Positions 63,301-64,000 of a stretch of 64,000 nucleotides of DNA are shown in pieces. The notes beneath the pieces are model-generated. The model was not told the DNA's origin and ran no database searches. It saw only the letters and a list, made by a program, of their open reading frames with translations. The DNA is taken from assembly GCA_965235115.1 (NCBI GenBank), contig OZ249436.1, positions 9,054,001 to 9,118,000 of the forward strand, given 5' to 3'. The translations under genes and the position numbers were made by a program. The stretch's first letter is position 1, and every line of letters begins with the position of its first letter. Origin of the DNA: Laetmonice hystrix (lineage: Eukaryota).

Positions 63301-64000
63301 TCCTAGGCAGGACATGGCCATGCTTTCATGGCTGTCCTTGTGTGCTTGGATCTTTAACCTCGAGTTGCATGTCGTCATTGAGGCCGTTTTGCCTGCTAGT
63401 CTACCTACTTCCAAACGTTGAGGCTGAAGTCGCTTGATGTTGACATTGTCTGGTTCATTATTTTTATGGCCCTTCCCATCAGATGATTGTTGGACGTGTG
63501 TGTTACAGAAAACAGTTTATACTCGATATATATGCTGATGTACTATGGTTGGTACAGCATGAGAGGTGTTTACAGCCACTGGTACAGTGTTGCCAGCTGC
63601 AGTAAAGGGTTCAGTGGTAACGGTAGCCCGGAACCTAATAAAATCCAGACCTGAAACATATGTTAGCACTACCATTGTGGCATACAGCCATGTTAGGAGT
63701 GTTGTAACAGAGGTATTGTTACCTGAGTTTGTGAGAGGACAACTGTAAAGTAAAACATTAGTTTGAGAAGCACAGTGAGAGCACATTGGTGATTGATTTT
63801 GATGGCTTATATCATGATGTAATTACTTGAATTTTACTGGCTGATAATATCAATGATATGCAGATGGTTTCATATTTAAAATACATCGTCTAAGTGTTTG
63901 TTTGTTTTTTTATTTGGTGTAGGATTTCGACAACGATGAGTCGTTTGTGGTTGAGCCTCCCCCAGCCGGGCCAGTGGGTGAGTTCTCCATGTACCCGCCG
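51350..64000 (+). CDS. 5' part (3 exons) of a type I membrane protein, probably a lemur tyrosine kinase (LMTK/AATK family); truncated by the window edge
   Basis: Exons 51350-51458, 53135-53265 and 63923->64000 join in frame. Signal peptide MWKTGWYRGSLAAAVICSTLLWLAVICG, short ectodomain, TM WTAVVAVAGILCGIVLLIG, then CAGFCDGETAFK|DFDNDESFVVEPPP. This resembles the C..C....FK-EFE juxtamembrane motif I recall from vertebrate AATK/LMTK2. The kinase domain is not in the window. Confidence 0.68.
51823..52638. mobile_element. hAT-like non-autonomous element
   Basis: CAGGGCTCGAAAAAA / TTTTTTCGAGCTCTG. Flanks TAGAT/CAGAT. Internal ACTTGCCC/GGGCAAGT motifs. Confidence 0.7.
56530..56776. mobile_element. 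MITE with GGATCC subterminal motifs and a 5-bp TSD (TGTAT)
   Basis: CAGGCACGGATCC...GGATCCGCACAGGCCTG with TGTAT on both sides. Confidence 0.7.
58498..58751. mobile_element. MITE with a 5-bp TSD (ATTTG)
   Basis: CAGAGGCGGATT...GGATCCGCCCCTG with ATTTG on both sides. Confidence 0.75.
58949..60960 (+). mobile_element. Non-autonomous Helentron-type (HINE-like) element, copy 2, in intron 2 of the LMTK-like gene
   Basis: Same termini, microsatellite and internal 440-460-bp units as 18487-20518. The mirror ORFs 18659-18892 and 59137-59370 are nearly identical. Confidence 0.85.
60975..61910. repeat. Hairpin minisatellite with a higher-order (87+122 bp) period, interrupted by a MITE at about 61133-61316
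   Basis: GAACTTACTGAAGACCCACC recurs at 61411, 61498, 61620, 61707 and 61829. The basic monomer is ACCCAC...GTGGG. Confidence 0.9.

Noticed and set aside
63517..63786. Overlapping ORFs on both strands near the window end
   Set aside because: No recognisable domain or compatible splice sites; intronic.

Overview
Eukaryotic, intron-rich genomic DNA from an animal, most likely a marine invertebrate (inferred from repeat types and protein divergence, not demonstrable here). Three host genes lie in tandem on the + strand, each reconstructed by hand from splice sites and reading frame. (1) A complete 19-exon RBBP6 gene (5492-27353): DWNN, zinc knuckle, RING, Pro-rich, RS and Lys-rich tail, about 1983 aa. 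(2) A complete 17-coding-exon RNF216/TRIAD3 RBR ubiquitin ligase (35410-48542), about 772 aa, with a GC-AG last intron. (3) The first three exons of a probable lemur tyrosine kinase (LMTK/AATK-like) gene that runs off the right edge. The first 4.4 kb looks like transposon-derived material: a Ulp1-like protease exon, a 79-bp hairpin satellite and an intact THAP-domain exon divergent from RBBP6. Introns carry two near-identical 2-kb Helentron-type (HINE-like) elements, a 2.1-kb TTAA-flanked foldback element with CTCF/NRF1-like motifs, many MITEs with visible target-site duplications, and a higher-order minisatellite. No tRNA, rRNA or CRISPR array was recognised. Homologies come from my recollection of the families; no database search was run.
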